Assembly (NCBI GenBank): GCA_022844165.1
Contig: JALHMH010000010.1
Span: 32,001-96,000 of the forward strand
DNA length: 64,000 bases
Reading direction: 5' to 3'
Origin: Lysobacterales bacterium
GTDB taxonomy: Bacteria > Pseudomonadota > Gammaproteobacteria > Xanthomonadales > SZUA-5
Shown: piece after piece, positions 51,618-62,591 of the stretch
How positions within the stretch are numbered: position 1 is the stretch's first letter
How the letters are laid out: every line of letters begins with the position of its first letter
Notes under the pieces: model-generated
Seen by the model: only the letters and a program-made list of their open reading frames with translations
Database searches by the model: none
What the model was told of the DNA's origin: nothing
Translations under genes and position numbers: made by a program

Positions 51618-52573
51618 CCGGCCCCAAGATTTCGGTCGTCATGAGCGCGTACAACGATGCCCGGCACGTGAACCTGGCGCTCGACAGCCTGCTCGTGAGC
51701 CAGGATGCTGAGATCGAGTGTATCGTCGTCGACGACGGATCGACAGATGAGACGCCAAATTTACTGCAACGGCGCGCAGCCACCGATTCGCGCCTGCGCA
51801 TCGTGCGTCAGTCCAATGCCGGTTTGACGCAGGCGCTGATTGCGGGATGTGCACTGGCGCGTGGCGACTACATCGCTCGTCAGGATGCCGATGATCTGTC
51901 GTTGCCGGGCCGCTTGCAGTTGCAGGCGAGCATGCTCGATGCTAATCGCGACCTCAGCTTCGTTTCGAGTTGGGCCGAAGTCATAGGCCCCAACGACGAA
52001 CCCCTTCTGCTGCACAAGCGACCAGCCGGTGCAACCGCGGCGACGCAGCTTCTGGTCCACGGACGTTGCGGCCCGCCGGGGCATGGCAGCGTGATGATGC
52101 GGCGCAGCGCTTACGAGCGTGTGGGCGGATACCGCGCGAAGTTTTACTATGCGCAGGACTCGGACCTCTGGCTGCGCCTGGCGGAGGTGGGCCAACTCGA
52201 CTACGTGCAAAAGGCGTTGTATCGCTATCGGATCGCAACCGAGTCCATCAGCGGGCGATTGCATCAATACAAACTGCCGTATGCGCGCCTGATCGACGAG
52301 ATCCATGCCGCGCGCCTGCGCGGAGACGACGCCGAGTCCGTCTACGAACGCGCGGAACTGCCGCCGCGATCGATCCAACCAGCATCGACGAGCGCTGCGA
52401 CAACCTCGTACTTCATTGGACGTTGCCTGCTGTCGCGTCGCGATCCGCGCGCGCGGCAGTATCTGCGCAACGCATTGCGCGCCGAGCCGTGGAAACCGCG
52501 GCATTGGATTTCGGTCGCGCTCGCCGAGTTCGGCGCGCCATTCTTCTCGCCATACGGGAAGCCGCTCGCCTGA
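51614..52573 (+). CDS. GT2 glycosyltransferase
   Basis: ISVVMSAYN, VDDGSTD, ARQDADD, QDSDLWLR. Confidence 0.9.
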   Translation: MTGPKISVVMSAYNDARHVNLALDSLLVSQDAEIECIVVDDGSTDETPNLLQRRAATDSRLRIVRQSNAGLTQALIAGCALARGDYIARQDADDLSLPGRLQLQASMLDANRDLSFVSSWAEVIGPNDEPLLLHKRPAGATAATQLLVHGRCGPPGHGSVMMRRSAYERVGGYRAKFYYAQDSDLWLRLAEVGQLDYVQKALYRYRIATESISGRLHQYKLPYARLIDEIHAARLRGDDAESVYERAELPPRSIQPASTSAATTSYFIGRCLLSRRDPRARQYLRNALRAEPWKPRHWISVALAEFGAPFFSPYGKPLA

Positions 52574-53739
52574 GAATTCTGTTCGCCGCAGATGTCACGC
52601 CGAATCCGGACTCAGGTGCGGCGGGAACCGAATGGCAGACGATCCTCGCGCTGCGTGAGCTCGGGCACGAGGTCGAGACGATTTGGGCGGAGGACTTGGG
52701 CCGGCGGATCCAGCATGGCAATCTGCATTATTTGCTGGAGCTGCCGCGACGTTACCGCACGGTCATTGCGCAGCGCTGCGAAAGGCGTCAGTTCAACGTG
52801 CTGCATGTGAATCAGGGACATTGTTACCTTGCCGCGATCGACCACCAGCGACGGCAGCGCAGTGGGATTTTCGTTTGTCGCAGCCACGGTCTGGACGACC
52901 ATATGGAGCAGGTTCTCGCGCCGTGGCGACAACGTCTGAGTGTGGCAGCGGCATCGTCGGGCAAGCGCGCGCTCAGCGCGCTGCTGTGGCGAGCGCTGGC
53001 GCGGCACGATCGGCTCGCCTATCGCCATGCCGATGGCGTGCTCGTGAGCGCCAGCCACGATGCCGAGTACCTGACCAACACCATGCGCGTGGCGCCCGAA
53101 CGCGTTGCGGCGGTCGCGCAGGCTCCTGCAGCTGCATTTGTCGAGAACGTTGCCCCGACCATGAATGCGACACGCGCGCGCAAGCTGTTGCATGTTGGCG
53201 GTTTCGCGTACTGGAAAGGTGTCCATGCGGTGGCAGAAGCGGCGAACGCCATATTGCCCGCGGCGCCGGACGCGACACTGACCTGGGTATGCCGCGAGGA
53301 AGAGCACGCAAAGGTTCATGCGCTCCTGGCGCCAGCGGTGCGTTCGCAAGTCACATTGCGTTCGTGGGTGCCGCAGGCGGAATTGCGCGAAATCTATGAC
53401 GCCCACGGGATTTTCCTGGCGCCGTCATTGTTCGAAGGATTTGGCAAGGTGTTCCTGGAAGCAATGGCGCGTGGCCTGATCGTCATCGGCACGCCAACCG
53501 GAGGCATGCGTGACATCATTCGCCCTGAGCGCGATGGGTACATTGTGCCGTTTCACGACCCAGCGGCACTTGTGGCGGCCGTAACGCGCGTTTGGAATCG
53601 GCCCGACACTGCGCAAGCGATGTCCGAGGCCGCTGCCAGCCGCGCACGCGAATACTCCTGGCGGCGCACCGCGCTCGAAGTTGCTACCTTTTATCAGAGG
53701 CTCATAGATCGTCGTGGCCTTGCCAACCATGTTGGTTAG
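52570..53739 (+). CDS. GT4 glycosyltransferase (probable CTG start)
   Basis: RILFA N-terminal strand at a CTGA overlap; [17 protein letters not shown]. Confidence 0.88.
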   Translation: MRILFAADVTPNPDSGAAGTEWQTILALRELGHEVETIWAEDLGRRIQHGNLHYLLELPRRYRTVIAQRCERRQFNVLHVNQGHCYLAAIDHQRRQRSGIFVCRSHGLDDHMEQVLAPWRQRLSVAAASSGKRALSALLWRALARHDRLAYRHADGVLVSASHDAEYLTNTMRVAPERVAAVAQAPAAAFVENVAPTMNATRARKLLHVGGFAYWKGVHAVAEAANAILPAAPDATLTWVCREEEHAKVHALLAPAVRSQVTLRSWVPQAELREIYDAHGIFLAPSLFEGFGKVFLEAMARGLIVIGTPTGGMRDIIRPERDGYIVPFHDPAALVAAVTRVWNRPDTAQAMSEAAASRAREYSWRRTALEVATFYQRLIDRRGLANHVG

Positions 53740-54292
53740 GCGCCTGTACGCGACGCTCGAATGGTGGCGCATCGCCAGGTGTCGTCTGCGCACCCATCTA
53801 TGGCGTTTGCGAGGTGGGAGCGAGATTCACGGCAAGTGTCTGATCGATGGCGGCGTGAGAATCGAGCGGCCGTGGTTGGTCAGGCTTGGGCCGCGGTGTG
53901 TACTGCAGCGCGATGTGTGGTTAAACACGACCGGAGACCATGCGCGGATTGAGATTGGCGCTTTTGGCTTTGTCGGACGCGGTGTCCAGTTCGAAGTCAG
54001 TAACGCAATCGTCATTGGTCGGGGCGTTCTCATCGCGCCCGGCGTGTATCTGACCGATCACAATCACAGCACCGCGCCCGGCCCGCCGATGTTCGAGCAG
54101 GCTTGCACCGCGGCACCCATTGCCATTGGCGACGATGTGTGGATCGGGGCAAACGCGGTGGTGCTGCCGGGCGTCACCATTGGTGCCGGTGCAGTGGTGG
54201 CGGCGGGTGCCGTCGTGCATCGCGATGTGCCGCCAAGGGCGATCGTCGGCGGCGTGCCGGCGCGAATCATCCGATTTCGAGAGGACGCATGA
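53729..54292 (+). CDS. hexapeptide-repeat O-acetyltransferase
   Basis: [37 protein letters not shown]. Confidence 0.92.
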   Translation: MLVRRLYATLEWWRIARCRLRTHLWRLRGGSEIHGKCLIDGGVRIERPWLVRLGPRCVLQRDVWLNTTGDHARIEIGAFGFVGRGVQFEVSNAIVIGRGVLIAPGVYLTDHNHSTAPGPPMFEQACTAAPIAIGDDVWIGANAVVLPGVTIGAGAVVAAGAVVHRDVPPRAIVGGVPARIIRFREDA

Positions 54293-55152
54293 ATCACAAC
54301 AAGTTGCGAGCGGTTTGTTGGCTCAATCGCTTCGGCGTGCTGCCGAGGGTCCGACGCGCATTTGCGCGAACGCCGCCCGGCACCTTGGTCGATCGTGAGT
54401 TGTTTGGTCTGACGCAAGTGCTCGATATCGGCCGCAGCGATGCTCAACAGCTGCTGTTCGTCGAAGGCGAGCGCTTCATCGAGGAGCGCCATTTGCTGCG
54501 CCGGCTGTTGCGCCCCGGCATGACGGTCGTCGATGTCGGCGCCAACATCGGTTACTACCTGCTATTGGCCAAACAGATCTGCGGTGCTGATGCGCGCGTC
54601 ATCTGCATTGAGCCATCGCAAGAGAATCTGCCGGAACTGAAGGAGACCATTGAGCGCAATCGTATGCGCGACGTCATCGTACACGAAGTGGCGCTCGGCG
54701 ATCGCGATGGCGAGATCGGATTGCGCTCCGGGATCAACAGCGGCGTCGTCGAAGGCGGCGGCGAGTACCGGGTTCCTGTGCGGCGCTTGGATGAACTGAT
54801 CGAAGAGCGAGTGGATTTCATCAAGATCGATGTGGAAGGTTTCGAGGGGCAGGTGCTGCTTGGCGCCGTCGAGTTGCTGAAACGCTGGCGCCCGCTGTTG
54901 TTCCTGGAATTGCATCCCTTGGGGACCGGCCGCTTTGGACACAGTTGTCGCGCGATTTTGGATCGTCTGCGTGAGATCTACTCAACGATCGAGCTGTATC
55001 ACAAACACCCCACCCAGGGACCGCTCGACAAGGTACTGCTGCGGTACGGGTTGAGGGCCCCGGTTGTGCCGGTCATGGATGCTGATGACTATGTAGCCCG
55101 GCATGATGCGAGCGCTGCGTTCCACACCTACTGGGCCGTCTGCCGGCCATGA
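54289..55152 (+). CDS. FkbM-family methyltransferase
   Basis: [20 protein letters not shown]. Confidence 0.9.
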   Translation: MNHNKLRAVCWLNRFGVLPRVRRAFARTPPGTLVDRELFGLTQVLDIGRSDAQQLLFVEGERFIEERHLLRRLLRPGMTVVDVGANIGYYLLLAKQICGADARVICIEPSQENLPELKETIERNRMRDVIVHEVALGDRDGEIGLRSGINSGVVEGGGEYRVPVRRLDELIEERVDFIKIDVEGFEGQVLLGAVELLKRWRPLLFLELHPLGTGRFGHSCRAILDRLREIYSTIELYHKHPTQGPLDKVLLRYGLRAPVVPVMDADDYVARHDASAAFHTYWAVCRP

Positions 55153-56066
55153 CCTCGCTGCCGCTCACTGTCGCTATTCCCACGTTCGGCCGCGATTCGG
55201 TGCTGACCGACACGATCACCGCTTTGCTGGAGCAGCATCCGCCAGCGGCGGAGATCCTGATCGTCGACCAGACACCCGTGCATGATGCCGAGACCGAGCA
55301 ACGCCTGACGCAGTGGCATGCGCAAAGTGCGATCCATTGGATTCGCAAAGAGCGACCATCACAACCGGCTGCACTGAATGTCGCGCTCGCGCAGGCCACG
55401 CAGCCTTTCGTGCTGATGCTCGACGACGATATTCGCATCGATCCTGGCTTTCTTGCGGCGCATCTCGAAGGATTCATCGCCGCCGATGTCTGGATGGTGG
55501 TAGGACAGGTATTGCAGCCTGGAGAGGAACCGCTGGTCGGCCCTGTGCCGCGCGATCAGGGGCCGTTGGCCGATCTGCAGTTTCCGTTTCGCAGCGCCGA
55601 ACCGGCTTGGATCAGCAATGGCATGAGCGGCAACATGACCGTACGCCGCGAACGGATCCTGGCGTTGGGTGCGTTCGATGAGAACTTTACGCCGCCGGTG
55701 TCATATCGCTTCGATACCGATTTGTGCAAACGCTTGACGCGCGCCGGGGGACGCATTCGCTTCCAGCCAAAAGCGCGCATCTACCACTTGCGCGCACAGC
55801 GCGGCGGCACACGATCGGTGGGCAGCCACTTGAACTCCGCTTCGCCAGTGCACGGCGTGGGCGACTACTACTTCGCGCTGCGCCAGGGGCTGTCGTGGTC
55901 GATGCTGCGTTACCTGCTGCGCCGCCCGATTCGCGAAGTTTGTACGCGCTATCACTTGAGACGGCCCTGGTGGATTCCGGTCAAGCTGATCGGCGAATTG
56001 CGTGCGATGGTCATGGCGCTGACACTGCTGGCGCGTGGGCCGGCGTATCCGGATCGGTTGCGATGA
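55149..56066 (+). CDS. GT2 glycosyltransferase
   Basis: VAIPT.GR, IVDQ, LDDD, FDENF. Confidence 0.88.
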   Translation: MTSLPLTVAIPTFGRDSVLTDTITALLEQHPPAAEILIVDQTPVHDAETEQRLTQWHAQSAIHWIRKERPSQPAALNVALAQATQPFVLMLDDDIRIDPGFLAAHLEGFIAADVWMVVGQVLQPGEEPLVGPVPRDQGPLADLQFPFRSAEPAWISNGMSGNMTVRRERILALGAFDENFTPPVSYRFDTDLCKRLTRAGGRIRFQPKARIYHLRAQRGGTRSVGSHLNSASPVHGVGDYYFALRQGLSWSMLRYLLRRPIREVCTRYHLRRPWWIPVKLIGELRAMVMALTLLARGPAYPDRLR

Positions 56067-57070
56067 CACGTGGCACGATTCTGGTGACGGGCGCCGCAGG
56101 CTATTTGGGCTCGCACACGGTGCTGGCCTTGTGGGAGAGCGGCTTCGAGGTTGTTGGGATCGATGACTATTCGAACTCCGAGCGCTCGGTTGTGTCGCGC
56201 ATCGAAGCGCTGGGCCAGCGAGCGCTGACGATGATCGAGGGTAATGTGCGCGATGCCGATTGTCTTGCCGCAACTTTTGGTCGGTTCAACATCGTCGGCG
56301 CGGTCCATTTTGCGGCGCGCAAGTCGATCGAGGAGTCGTTTGCCGAGTCACTTTCGTATTACGATGTCAACGTCGCTGGCACGTTGACGGTTCTGCAGCA
56401 GTGCCAGCGAGCCGGCGTCAACGCATTCGTGTTCAGCAGTTCTGCGACGGTGTATGACGCCACGCAGCCATCGCCAGTCGACGAAAACAGTCGCTTGCTT
56501 GGGGCAAGCCCTTACGGCCGCAGCAAGCTCATCGGCGAACGCATGCTGCGCGATGCTGCTCAGGCGAGTGGATTGCGTTACGCGATATTGCGTTACTTCA
56601 ATCCCGTTGGTGCCCATCCAAGCGGTTCGATTGGCGAGAACCCTCGAGGCAAGCCCGGCAATTTGATGCCCGTCGTGTGCCGGGTCGCTGCCAGTCGGCA
56701 ATCGCAATTGTCGGTCTTCGGTAACGACTATTCGACGATGGACGGCACTGGCGTCCGCGATTTTGTGCACGTGCAAGACGTGGCCGAAGCGCACGTGCAC
56801 GCCTTGGAAGCTTTGCTGCAGGATCGTGAGACGCTGTGTCTGAACATTGGCACCGGCAGCGGCACGAGCGTACTGACATTGATCGATGCCTTCGAACGGG
56901 CCAATGGCGTGCGCGTACCGCATGTTATTGCACCGCGCCGCCATGGTGATGTCGCGGCGATGGTGGCCAATGTGGGCGAAGCTGCGCGCAGCATCGGCTG
57001 GCGCGCAACACGCAATCTGGACGCAATGTGCCGCGACGCCTGGCGCTTCGCGCAAACCCTTGGGTGTTGA
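56063..57070 (+). CDS. galE: UDP-glucose 4-epimerase
   Basis: GAAGYLGSHT, HFAA.K, FSSSATVY, YGRSK, LRYFNPVGAHPSG.IGE, DGTGVRDFVHV. Confidence 0.93.
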   Translation: MTRGTILVTGAAGYLGSHTVLALWESGFEVVGIDDYSNSERSVVSRIEALGQRALTMIEGNVRDADCLAATFGRFNIVGAVHFAARKSIEESFAESLSYYDVNVAGTLTVLQQCQRAGVNAFVFSSSATVYDATQPSPVDENSRLLGASPYGRSKLIGERMLRDAAQASGLRYAILRYFNPVGAHPSGSIGENPRGKPGNLMPVVCRVAASRQSQLSVFGNDYSTMDGTGVRDFVHVQDVAEAHVHALEALLQDRETLCLNIGTGSGTSVLTLIDAFERANGVRVPHVIAPRRHGDVAAMVANVGEAARSIGWRATRNLDAMCRDAWRFAQTLGC

Positions 57071-58961
57071 ACTATCGCGCTGACATCGATGGCTTGCGCG
57101 CCATTGCAGTCCTACTGGTGGTTGTTTATCACGCAAGCCCGACCTGGCTAAGCGGTGGCTTCATCGGCGTCGATGTGTTCTTCGTGATCAGCGGATTTCT
57201 GATTACGCGCTTGTTGTTCGAAGAGGAGCAGGTTAGCGGGCAGATTTCGCTTGCTGCATTTTATGCGCGCCGGATTCGACGTCTGTTACCTGCGCTGTTG
57301 CTGATGCTCGCCAGCGTGATGCTTCTGGGCCTGATGGTGCTGTCGCCGGCGATCGGCGAAGTGCAAGGGTTGGCGCAATCGACGCTGGCGACTCTGGCAC
57401 TGGTGTCGAACCACTACTTTGCGCGAAGCACTGGCTACTTCGACGAACCGGCAGAACAGCAGGTGCTCTTGCACACCTGGTCATTGTCTGTCGAAGAGCA
57501 GTTTTACTTGATATGGCCGGTGCTGCTGTTGTTGCTTCTGCGCGCCGCGCGGCAATGGCATTGGTCTGGACGGAGCGTCGTCTTGTGGACGCTGGCGCTC
57601 CTGTGTTCTTCGTCACTTCTGGCTTCGCTGTGGCTGACCCGCGCCAGCCCAGTTTCGCGTTTTTTGCATTGCCGACCAGGGCATGGGAATTTGCGGTGGG
57701 CGGTCTGGCGTCGATCGCTTTGATCGGCTGCCGGGAGCGACCCCGACTGGGGGCGCTCTGCGGAAGCGCTGGCGTCGTCGGGATCTTCGTTGGCGCGATG
57801 TGGATCGACGATGGCATGGCGTTTCCGGGGGCGCTCGCATTGTGGCCGGTGGCCGCGACGACTCTGGTGCTGGTGGGTGGCGCTCTGGCGCCAAACGCCG
57901 TAACCACCCGTGGGCTGCGACTGAAGCTGCTGGTGGCGATTGGGCTCATTTCGTACGGCTGGTATCTATGGCATTGGCCGTTGTTGACGTTGGCGCGCAT
58001 TCATCTGCTTGGCGAGTTGGACCAACTCGGCGCTATCGCGATTTGTCTGCTGGCTCTGCTGATTGCGGCGCTGAGTTATCGCTATGTTGAAAAACCGTTC
58101 CGCCAACCGGCCGATATCCGACCGACTCTGCAGCGCGGCGCGATGGCCGGGATCGCAGTGGCACTGATGGCAACCAGCGCCGGCGCCTGGGCAAAATGGT
58201 GGTGGCCGCAGAGCGAATCGAATTCGTCGCTGCGGGCGGCCTTGATCGGCACGCAGAAGGTCGTGGTGCCCTGCGGCCAGGAGCGACCCTACAAAGCCCT
58301 TAACGATCGCACGTTGTGCACCTTCGGCGACGCCGAAGCGGCAATCGTACTCTGGGGAGATTCGCACGCGGCGCATTTCCTGCCCGCTCTGCAGCATGTA
58401 CACTCAAAGAGTATTCGCGTGCGATATATGCCCGCATGCCCACCGATTCCAGACTATTTGCCGAGTCTCGTTGGCATCGATCCGCAGATGGGCTGCGAGC
58501 ATTTCAATCGTGACGTACTGGACGAAATCCGTGCTACGCGCCCTGCGACGGTTGTGCTCAGCGCACGCTGGCGCGCCTACATTTCGAATGCCGCCGCACG
58601 GGATGCAGCGAGCAAAGGTCTTCAGTATCTGTCGCAGGAGCTCGCAAAAGTGGGCGTGCAAGTTCTGGTGATGTTGCCACCACCCGAGGTGCCGCATTCC
58701 GCGCCGGCCTGCCTGGCGCGTCGAGACATCGTCGATTGCAGCGTCGAAAGTGCGATCGCGATGCTACAACGCGAAGCGGCGGTCGCGTTGCTTCGCGAGT
58801 CATTTGCTGGGGCCGAATTGATCGACCCATTTCCTACGTTGTGCCCAGGGCAGTCGTGTTCGCCAATACTCGATGGCGTGGCGCTATACACCGACGCTCA
58901 TCATTTGAGCGTCGCGGGATCGCAACGAATCGGCGGATTGATTGCCGATGCCTTGCGCTAG
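57067..58961 (+). pseudogene. OafA-type acyltransferase-3 plus SGNH domain, frameshifted near 57650
   Basis: Frame A has YRADIDGLRA, GVDVFFVISG and HTWSLSVEEQFY; frame B continues AFFALPTRAWEF, SYGWYLWHWP, GDSHA and D.HH; one base missing. Confidence 0.85.
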
Positions 58962-59199
58962 CCAGTCTTCCATTCGCATGGGAAGTGTTCCGCGGCTTCA
59001 ACGCGAATGCTGCAGGGCGCCTGGTCGCCATTCGCTGCCATGACTTCATCCAAGATGTCGGCGCCGCCGTCAGCTTCGGCGGGCGCATTGCTCGCGCGAT
59101 GCAGGCATGCCAGCCTGCGCCCTCGGGCTTCTCCCGGGCCCAAGTCCACCGGAGACATATTCCAATGACACCGGGACCTCAGGCTGGTCGAACAGTGCA

Positions 59200-60294
59200 A
59201 TGTCGCATCTACTGATCGACGCGCTATCGGTGAACAACTTCTCTGGGCGGCATGTGCTGGCCGGCCATATGCGCCAGATGCGCCTGGCACTACCCGACTG
59301 GCGCTTCACGATGCTGGTGCAGCGCAGCCAGTCACAGTTGGCGCACGAGTGCGGCGTCATGCCGATGGAAGCGCCCGTGGGTGCTGGGGCGATGGCGCGT
59401 GTCCGGTTCACGCTTCGCCATTTGCCGCGCTGGACACGCGAAATCGGTGCCGACTTTTTGTTTACGCCGGCTGGCATGTTAACGGCAGGGTGTCCTCTCC
59501 CTCAGGTTGTGCTGGCGCAAAACCCCTGGCCGCTCATGGGTCTGGCGCGTGGCACCGAGCGCCTGCGGACCTACTTGCAAACACGTGCCTTTGCGGCCGC
59601 GCAGCGTCAGGCGCGTGTCATGGTTTACAACTCACGCTACATGCAAGCGCTTTACATGGATAAGCTCGGTCAACGCAATGGATCGAGCGTGATCGCGTAT
59701 CAGGGGATCGATGAGCGCTACTTCGAGCAACCCGCCCCAATCGCACTGTCCGCGCGACGCGATCTGGTATTGGTTTCGGTGATGGCCGCACACAAGGCGG
59801 TGGAGGATGCGGTCGCGGCCTTTGCGCGGGCGAAACTCGGCAGCGAAACGCGATTGCGCCTGATGGGTCCCTGGCCGGAACACGCCTATCGTCAGCGAGT
59901 TGAGCGCGCAGTGGCAGCGCACGGACTGTTAGATCGCGTCGTCATCGAAGGCGAAGTCGGGCAGGCGCAGCTCTTGTCGGCGTATCGCGAGGCGCGAGCC
60001 TTCGTCTTGCTCAGTCGCTGCGAGTCCTTCGGTATTCCTGCCATCGAAGCACAGAGCCAGGGGACACCGACCATAGTTGCCTCAGGTACCGCGGCACCGG
60101 AAGTCGCTGGCGGTGGTGGCATGATCGTACCCGCAGGCGATACCTTTGCTGCCGCGCAGGCCATGACCACGTTGATGAGCGACGATACGTCGTGGCATCG
60201 CTACTCCAGCGCGGCACTGGACAACGCTTGTCGTTTTCGATTCTCACGGTGCTCCGGGCCGTTGATAGACGCACTACGTGATTTATCGGGGTGA
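59200..60294 (+). CDS. GT4 glycosyltransferase
   Basis: HK, SRCESFGIPAIEA...GTP. Confidence 0.88.
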   Translation: MSHLLIDALSVNNFSGRHVLAGHMRQMRLALPDWRFTMLVQRSQSQLAHECGVMPMEAPVGAGAMARVRFTLRHLPRWTREIGADFLFTPAGMLTAGCPLPQVVLAQNPWPLMGLARGTERLRTYLQTRAFAAAQRQARVMVYNSRYMQALYMDKLGQRNGSSVIAYQGIDERYFEQPAPIALSARRDLVLVSVMAAHKAVEDAVAAFARAKLGSETRLRLMGPWPEHAYRQRVERAVAAHGLLDRVVIEGEVGQAQLLSAYREARAFVLLSRCESFGIPAIEAQSQGTPTIVASGTAAPEVAGGGGMIVPAGDTFAAAQAMTTLMSDDTSWHRYSSAALDNACRFRFSRCSGPLIDALRDLSG

Positions 60295-61412
60295 GTCGGC
60301 TGCACAAATGGTGGTTGGCGCATATCGCAAGGCCAGATCCGGCGCAGACCTTCCTGCCCGCGATCGATGGATTACGCTTCGTGGCGATCGCGCTTGTGGT
60401 GTTGTATCACGTGCAAGGCTACGTGTCTTCGCGAGCGGGACTTCCAGTCCACGGTGGCGACGGTTTACATCAATGGTTGGTGCACGGTTCCTTCGGTGTG
60501 CCACTGTTCTTTGCGATCAGTGGGTTCATCATTGCCAGCCAGTGGTTCGCTGGGCGCCCGCCTTCCCTGGCTCGCTATCTGCTGCGTCGTATCACGCGCC
60601 TTGAGCCGCCGTACATCGTCTCGATGTTGCTGATTTTTGGGCTGAAAGTAGCCGTCCTCGGTGTTGCGTTTTCGGAGCTGATGCCGCACTTGATGATCAG
60701 CCTCGTGTATCTGCACGGACCGATTTTCGGCACCCACAGCGAAGTGAACGGCGTTGCCTGGTCGCTGGAGGTCGAATGGCAGTTTTACCTGCTGGCGCCG
60801 CTGATCCTGACCGCGGCGTTGCGGCTGCAACCCTCACAGGCGACGTGGGTCTTGGCCGGTCTCGTATTCCTCGGCGGCATCGTGCACGGTCTTGCGGATT
60901 CGCTTGCGCCGCGGATTGCCCTGAGTGTGTTGCAATACTTCGGGTTTTTTCTCGCCGGCGTCTGGGTTGCACAGCAGCACACTGCAACGGCTCGAAGCGC
61001 CACGGCATTTGATGCAGCCGCACTTACGGCGGCCGTGGCGATTGGTGCTGCATTGCACCTGGGCGGGCTCGCATCGGCCGTGCTGCCGCTGCTCACCGCC
61101 GCTTTTCTGGCCTCAAGCCTGCGCTCGAAGTGGTGGTCGGCGTTGCTGTCGTGGTGGCCGATCCACGGCATCGGCGCGATGTGCTACACAATTTACCTCT
61201 ACCACTTCTTCATTGTCTCGGGCATCGGCCGCGTCTGGCCGCACGACAGCTTCGGCCCATCTTCAATCGATCTGGTGATCTTCGCTGCCTTCACGTTTCC
61301 GCTGGTCGTTGTCGTCTGCACCGTGCCTTACGTTCTGATCGAACGCCCGTTCATGGTCTGGCGGCCGGGCGTTACGCGATTACGCGACGCGCTTTCCTGG
61401 ATGCGTCGATGA
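60291..61412 (+). CDS. acyltransferase family 3 (membrane O-acyltransferase)
   Basis: IDGLRFVA, GVPLFFAISGF, RRITRL.P, WSLEVEWQFY, Y.IYLYH, ERPF. Confidence 0.92.
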   Translation: MSRLHKWWLAHIARPDPAQTFLPAIDGLRFVAIALVVLYHVQGYVSSRAGLPVHGGDGLHQWLVHGSFGVPLFFAISGFIIASQWFAGRPPSLARYLLRRITRLEPPYIVSMLLIFGLKVAVLGVAFSELMPHLMISLVYLHGPIFGTHSEVNGVAWSLEVEWQFYLLAPLILTAALRLQPSQATWVLAGLVFLGGIVHGLADSLAPRIALSVLQYFGFFLAGVWVAQQHTATARSATAFDAAALTAAVAIGAALHLGGLASAVLPLLTAAFLASSLRSKWWSALLSWWPIHGIGAMCYTIYLYHFFIVSGIGRVWPHDSFGPSSIDLVIFAAFTFPLVVVVCTVPYVLIERPFMVWRPGVTRLRDALSWMRR

Positions 61413-62590
61413 AGGTCGCGATGGTGACAACGCATCCGATTCAATACCAGGTGCCGTGGCTGCGAATGTTGGGTGCCTCCCCGGGCATCGATTTGACCGT
61501 CTACTTCGCGATGCTGCCGGATAGCGCCGAACAGGGTCGGGAGTTCGGTGTCGCGTTCGACTGGGATGTGCCGTTGCTCGATGGCTATCGCCACGTTGTT
61601 TTGCAGAACGTAGCAACGCAACCGTCGCTGACGCAATTTGCCGGCTGCGATACGCCGGAGATCATCGACATCATCCGACGCGAACGATTCGATGCGGTCA
61701 TCGTCAACGGCTGGGGAACCAGAACCGCACTCCAGGCGCTCTGGGCCTGTCTGCGCACCGGCACGCCCTGCATTTTTCGCGGTGAAGTCAATGGCCTGAC
61801 ACCCCGCGCCTGGTGGAAACGGCTTGGGCATCGATTGTTGCTCGGCCGTTACGCAGCCGTGTTGTGCATCGGCTCAGCCAATCGCCGTTATTGCAAGGAA
61901 GCCGGCGTGCGTTCGGATCGGCTTTACGACACGCCGTACTGCGTCGACAACGCGTACTTCGCCAAGGCGGCAGAGCGAGCTTTGGCTGCGCAGGGACGCG
62001 ATGTACTGCGCGGGCAATTCGGTCTGGCGCCGCAAGTGCCCACTTTTCTCTTTTCGGGGAAACTGGTGGCCAAGAAGCGACCACAGGATTTCATCGAGGC
62101 GATTGCCCAACTCCGGTCGAGCGGTGTTGCCCTGCAGGGACTGCTGGTCGGGGCAGGACCGATGATGGATGCCTTGCAACAGCAAGCGAGAGATTTGCCG
62201 ATTCGCTTTGCGGGCTTTCTCAACCAGAGCCAGATGGCTGCTGCGTATGCGGCCAGCGATGTGCTGGTGCTGCCCTCAGATGCTGGCGAGACCTGGGGAC
62301 TCGTGGTCAATGAAGCGATGGCGTGCGGATTGGCCGTTGTCGTCAGCGACCGCGTTGGTTGCGCGAGCGATCTGGTAGATGCATCGACGGGTGGGACCTT
62401 CGCCTGTGGCGATGTGCCTTGCCTGGCGAGCGTTATGCAGCTTCTGGCGACCGATCCTGATCGACTTGCATCCGCCGGGCGTCGGGCGCTACAACGCGTG
62501 CAACCCTACTGTTTCTCTGCGGTGGTCGAGGGCTGCCTTCGCGCGCTCGAGAAAACCGCGCGTCCGGGTCGCATCCGCCACGCGAAATGA
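61409..62590 (+). CDS. GT4 glycosyltransferase
   Basis: THPIQY, FSGKL..KRP, GFLNQ, ETWGLVVNEAMACG. Confidence 0.92.
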   Translation: MKVAMVTTHPIQYQVPWLRMLGASPGIDLTVYFAMLPDSAEQGREFGVAFDWDVPLLDGYRHVVLQNVATQPSLTQFAGCDTPEIIDIIRRERFDAVIVNGWGTRTALQALWACLRTGTPCIFRGEVNGLTPRAWWKRLGHRLLLGRYAAVLCIGSANRRYCKEAGVRSDRLYDTPYCVDNAYFAKAAERALAAQGRDVLRGQFGLAPQVPTFLFSGKLVAKKRPQDFIEAIAQLRSSGVALQGLLVGAGPMMDALQQQARDLPIRFAGFLNQSQMAAAYAASDVLVLPSDAGETWGLVVNEAMACGLAVVVSDRVGCASDLVDASTGGTFACGDVPCLASVMQLLATDPDRLASAGRRALQRVQPYCFSAVVEGCLRALEKTARPGRIRHAK

Positions 62591-62591
62591 G

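Noticed and set aside
58962-59199. 238-bp gap in the operon as a hidden gene or ncRNA
   Set aside because: Overlapping ORFs lack motifs and no convincing structure or repeat was found
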